From the human T2T-CHM13v2.0 reference genome, Homo sapiens: a stretch of 64,000 nt of DNA. The translations under genes and the position numbers were made by a program. Under the pieces are notes generated by a model. It saw only the letters and a program-made list of their open reading frames with translations. It searched no databases and was not told the DNA's origin. The stretch lies in NCBI RefSeq assembly GCF_009914755.1, contig NC_060926.1; one strand, given 5' to 3'. Below are positions 56,115 to 64,000 of this stretch, in pieces (the first letter of the stretch is position 1; each line of letters starts with the position of its first letter).

Positions 56115-57432
<1,318 letters not shown>

Positions 57433-58164
57433 TTAATCTTTTTTTTTTTTAATAGTTTTTTTTTCCCCCAAGTAGTAATTCTAACCATAGCACAGTGGCC
57501 CCTGAAACCCGACTCAGGATCCCATTTCACTAACAGCAAAGTGAGTCTTCCCATCTCTGACCTTCCTTCCTTCCCTCTCTCCTCCTCCAAATATCCACAA
57601 AAAATTGCCAAAGTTAGTGGCAGAAGGAAAGTAACACTTACTGAGACCCTATGATGTACCTGGCCCGTTAATGTGATTTTTCCATAATGTACCATATAAA
57701 TCATAACCCTATTTCTGCAGTTACCAGAGCAAGGTGAGAGTGTAAAGTTTATTAAACCAGGGTCCTCTCCTCCAGCCCCACTGATGGTCTGTCCTGACTG
57801 CCAGGCACCTGCTTGGTTTAGAGGCAGACAACAGCAGGGTTCCAGGCAGGCAGTTGCAGTCACCTGGGACTAGCAAGGTTTTGATGCTTCAGTGAGTGAC
57901 TGTGTGTCTGTTTTTCCAGATGGGTCATCAAGTCACGAAATGAAATTTTAGGGACTTGCTTTAATCCGTTCTCAATCGAGGAAGTCTATCACATCCCCAG
58001 TGAAAGGGTGACCTGCCCTGGTCTGTACTAAGTGCTGCTGAGTGACTCACCAGGGCTTCCAATGCTTCCGTGCTTTATGACACACTTCAACTTCAACAGA
58101 AAATCTTTTGGCTGGCTCTTTTTCCTTCAAAGTATTTCCAAAATACAGATGATTTTAATATAAT

Positions 58165-59074
<910 letters not shown>

Positions 59075-59179
59075 CCTAAAAATCATGTCTATGTGCTATA
59101 AGCTGTGATAAGCAATCTGTACAAGTAACCTCGTATTTATTTCAATACATTCTGATTGGTTTTCAAAACAACAAAGAAG

Positions 59180-59889
<710 letters not shown>

Positions 59890-60445
59890 TGAGGTAAGTG
59901 TTATGCCTATTTTACAGAAAATGCAGTTGACAGGTTCAGGGGAGAAGAGAAGAACCAGACTGGGAGCTGGGTACATCCAACTCCAACATTCACCACTTTC
60001 AATGTGCCACTCAGTTGTTAGGAAAGGCTAATTAATAGTGTCATTCAGGCTGGCATTTGAGGGAATGAGGGAAAGGTGTTTACTTTAATAACACATACTA
60101 GATACCTTTCACAGCCATACAGAAGGACCTGCTTCATTCTTGTCACAGCTGCATATTATTCCACTATATCAAGTTTCTACATTCAGTCAGTTATTGTGGG
60201 ACAATGTGATGATGGCCATATGGAAATTAACAGAGTTGGAGCCCTAATGTATTCCTTATGCACCATAATAAATGTCAAAGTATCAAAGATTAGGGAAAGG
60301 CTTTTTTTTTTATTAAAAAAAAGATGGATATCAATAAAATCTTAAAGTGAAGAAGGCATTTCCTAAATGGGACATGAAATACAAAAATAATTAAGGTGAA
60401 GTCCAATAAACCGGATAATAAAAATTTATCTTAAAAACTTTTATG

Positions 60446-61334
<889 letters not shown>

Positions 61335-62020
61335 TTACAAATAAATAAGGATGAAAATCTCACTAGAAAAATGGGTAATCACATGAAAGGCAAAAAGAGT
61401 AAAATGAAAAAATATTTCACATCATTGAGGAAAGGAGAATTAAAAGAAGACCCTATATTTTCCCCACCAGTTACCAAAGGGTAAACAGTGTTGGCAAAGG
61501 CAAAGAAAAACAGACCTTCTTCAGTCATTTAAAGAAGTGATGTATGCTAGACACTGGGCTAGGCCTCGCAGTGAACAAGATGACCAAGTCTCTGCCCTCA
61601 AGTTTATATTTCATGTGTGGCAGAGACTGGAAAAAGATAAGGGAGGAGAAAATAAACAAGTATTCAGATAGTTATTGTTCACAAAGTACAAACTGGCACA
61701 ACTTCACTGGAAGGCAATCCGGCAGTACCTACCAAAATGTCATGCTGGCAATTCTATTTCTAGGTGTGTATCCTACAGCTATTTTCACTCCCGCTTAAAC
61801 ACAAAGATATACATAGATGTTCACGGATTACTAGAGCACGAGGTTATAACTATGAAAACAATGGAAACAAGCCTAATGTTCCTCAACAGAACAAGCTATA
61901 CAACAGCCATACAATGATTGTAGTGTAACCAGTAAAGATCAGATTTTGCTTATTATATTTTTAAATGTACTCATGTGGAAAGACATTGAAGATATTTTGT
62001 TTGGGGGAAAAAAAAAAGCA

Positions 62021-62616
<596 letters not shown>

Positions 62617-64000
62617 CTATGGAAGCAGATATATATGGGTTAAAGTATGACTACGAAAAATCTGGAAGGTAGAACTATGGCACATTTTCTAGAGTATATA
62701 TGGTTTGGCTGTTCTATTTTATAAAAGAATGTACTACTTTATACTCAGGAAAAAACAAGGGGAAAACATTTTTTTAAGTAATACGTTTTAAAGTCATTTG
62801 GTTTATTCAGTTTATATTCCCAAACTTCAGGCTAAAAATTAATCTGGAAAGAAAACTTCAGCTATGGAAAAAAGACAATAAACAAAATAACTAATCCTTT
62901 GCCTCATTCCTTAAATTCAAAGTCACTGATATAATTGGTAAGAAGGAAAAATATAACTGGGTACTTATTGTTTGCCAGGTATTTGTTGTTCACGTAACCC
63001 ACAAAGTGAAACTGTCCTGGTTTCATAAATGAGGAAACTCGGGCTCCAAAGAATCAAGTGATTTCCCTGGAGCAGAAGCTGGTCAAAAAGACAGAACTGC
63101 AAATCTGTTTGGTTCTAGGAGCAGGGAAGACAGGACTTTCCCCTGAAGCTCTTATCTCCCTCCCTGAGGTTGCTGTGAGTGGAAAACAGGAGGGTTGGGG
63201 GTAGGGTAGGAGCAACTGATAATGGACGTTTTTTTCCTCTCCAAGGAGGCATTTTCTCCCCACTCCATTCCTTCCCCCCACAAAGCTTCATCCACCCTCC
63301 CTCAGAGCTGCATCAGGAGTACCAAGTGACAGAGCTCCTGCACCGAAGTGCCTGGCCTAGAATCCTGCCTTCAGGAACTCCAAGAAAAAGCAGCCAGAGA
63401 AAGAAAGGGTGCTTCCCCTTCCAGAACTCCCTTTATTATTGCACCCCACTTCAATCACTCTCCTGGCTTTCAAACTTACATGATATAAGAGGGAAGCCTG
63501 ATTTCACCCTCTCAGCTGGTCATCTGTAAGATGGGAACGACGCATCTTGGGAGAACAACCCAGAAGAGAGTATCAGAAAGTGCTTTCCAAATTTTCAAGT
63601 GCTAACAAAGAAGTACCACCCTAAAGGCTGAGGTTCTCGCCTACCAGGTAATACAAACCCTCCTTAACATGATAGTTTACGGCATTTAGGAGTTCAGTGC
63701 TTTTTGTGATCTTTATTTCTAAAATGCTATTTCAACACCTTGCATAGGAAATTCTCCGCAGGGTTATGTCCCTCGTGTGGTTGTACAGCGAGTGAAGAAT
63801 GAACGGAAAAGTGAAGCAAGCCTTCCCAAAGCTACCACCGTTTAACTCTAAGAGATGCAGTTCTTAGCTTTAGAGCCAACCCTGTGTTAATCTTTGAATT
63901 GGGAAAAGAGAGGATAAAAATCAGCAAAAGTTATCAAAGTCTCAACTCGATGACCTTGTTAACTTCCAAAACAGGATTGGCGAGATGCTTCCTCTTTATT

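Overview
Primate (almost certainly human) genomic DNA, rich in Alu, L1, MIR and LTR repeats. It carries most of TFCP2L1 (LBP-9/CRTR-1, a CP2/Grainyhead-family transcription factor) on the minus strand. I read 13 coding exons (exons 3-15 by the usual numbering), all with GT-AG junctions, that splice into one frame from ...GQSYEIRLLENRK... to ...DGYHIILKCGL-stop at 15633. A ~7.75 kb 3' UTR ends near tandem AATAAA signals at ~7.9-8.0 kb. Exons 1-2 are not in the window, so 40944-64000 is intron 2 and 1-7.8 kb is downstream flank. No second protein-coding gene, CRISPR array or prokaryotic system is supported; almost all ORF-track entries are spurious. The most notable observation is a retroposed 24-nt 5' fragment of tRNA-Glu(CTC) inside the 3' UTR, antisense to the mRNA, which forms an essentially fully complementary site for the abundant 5' tRF-GluCTC. 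Also notable: a 41-bp FOX-motif/UG-rich VNTR beside the weakly spliced exon 14, a cryptic exon 14 donor giving an NMD-escaping C-terminus, a UG-repeat acceptor at exon 5, and a strong CP2-family site in intron 2 (possible autoregulation). Repeat boundaries and subfamilies were judged by eye and are approximate.
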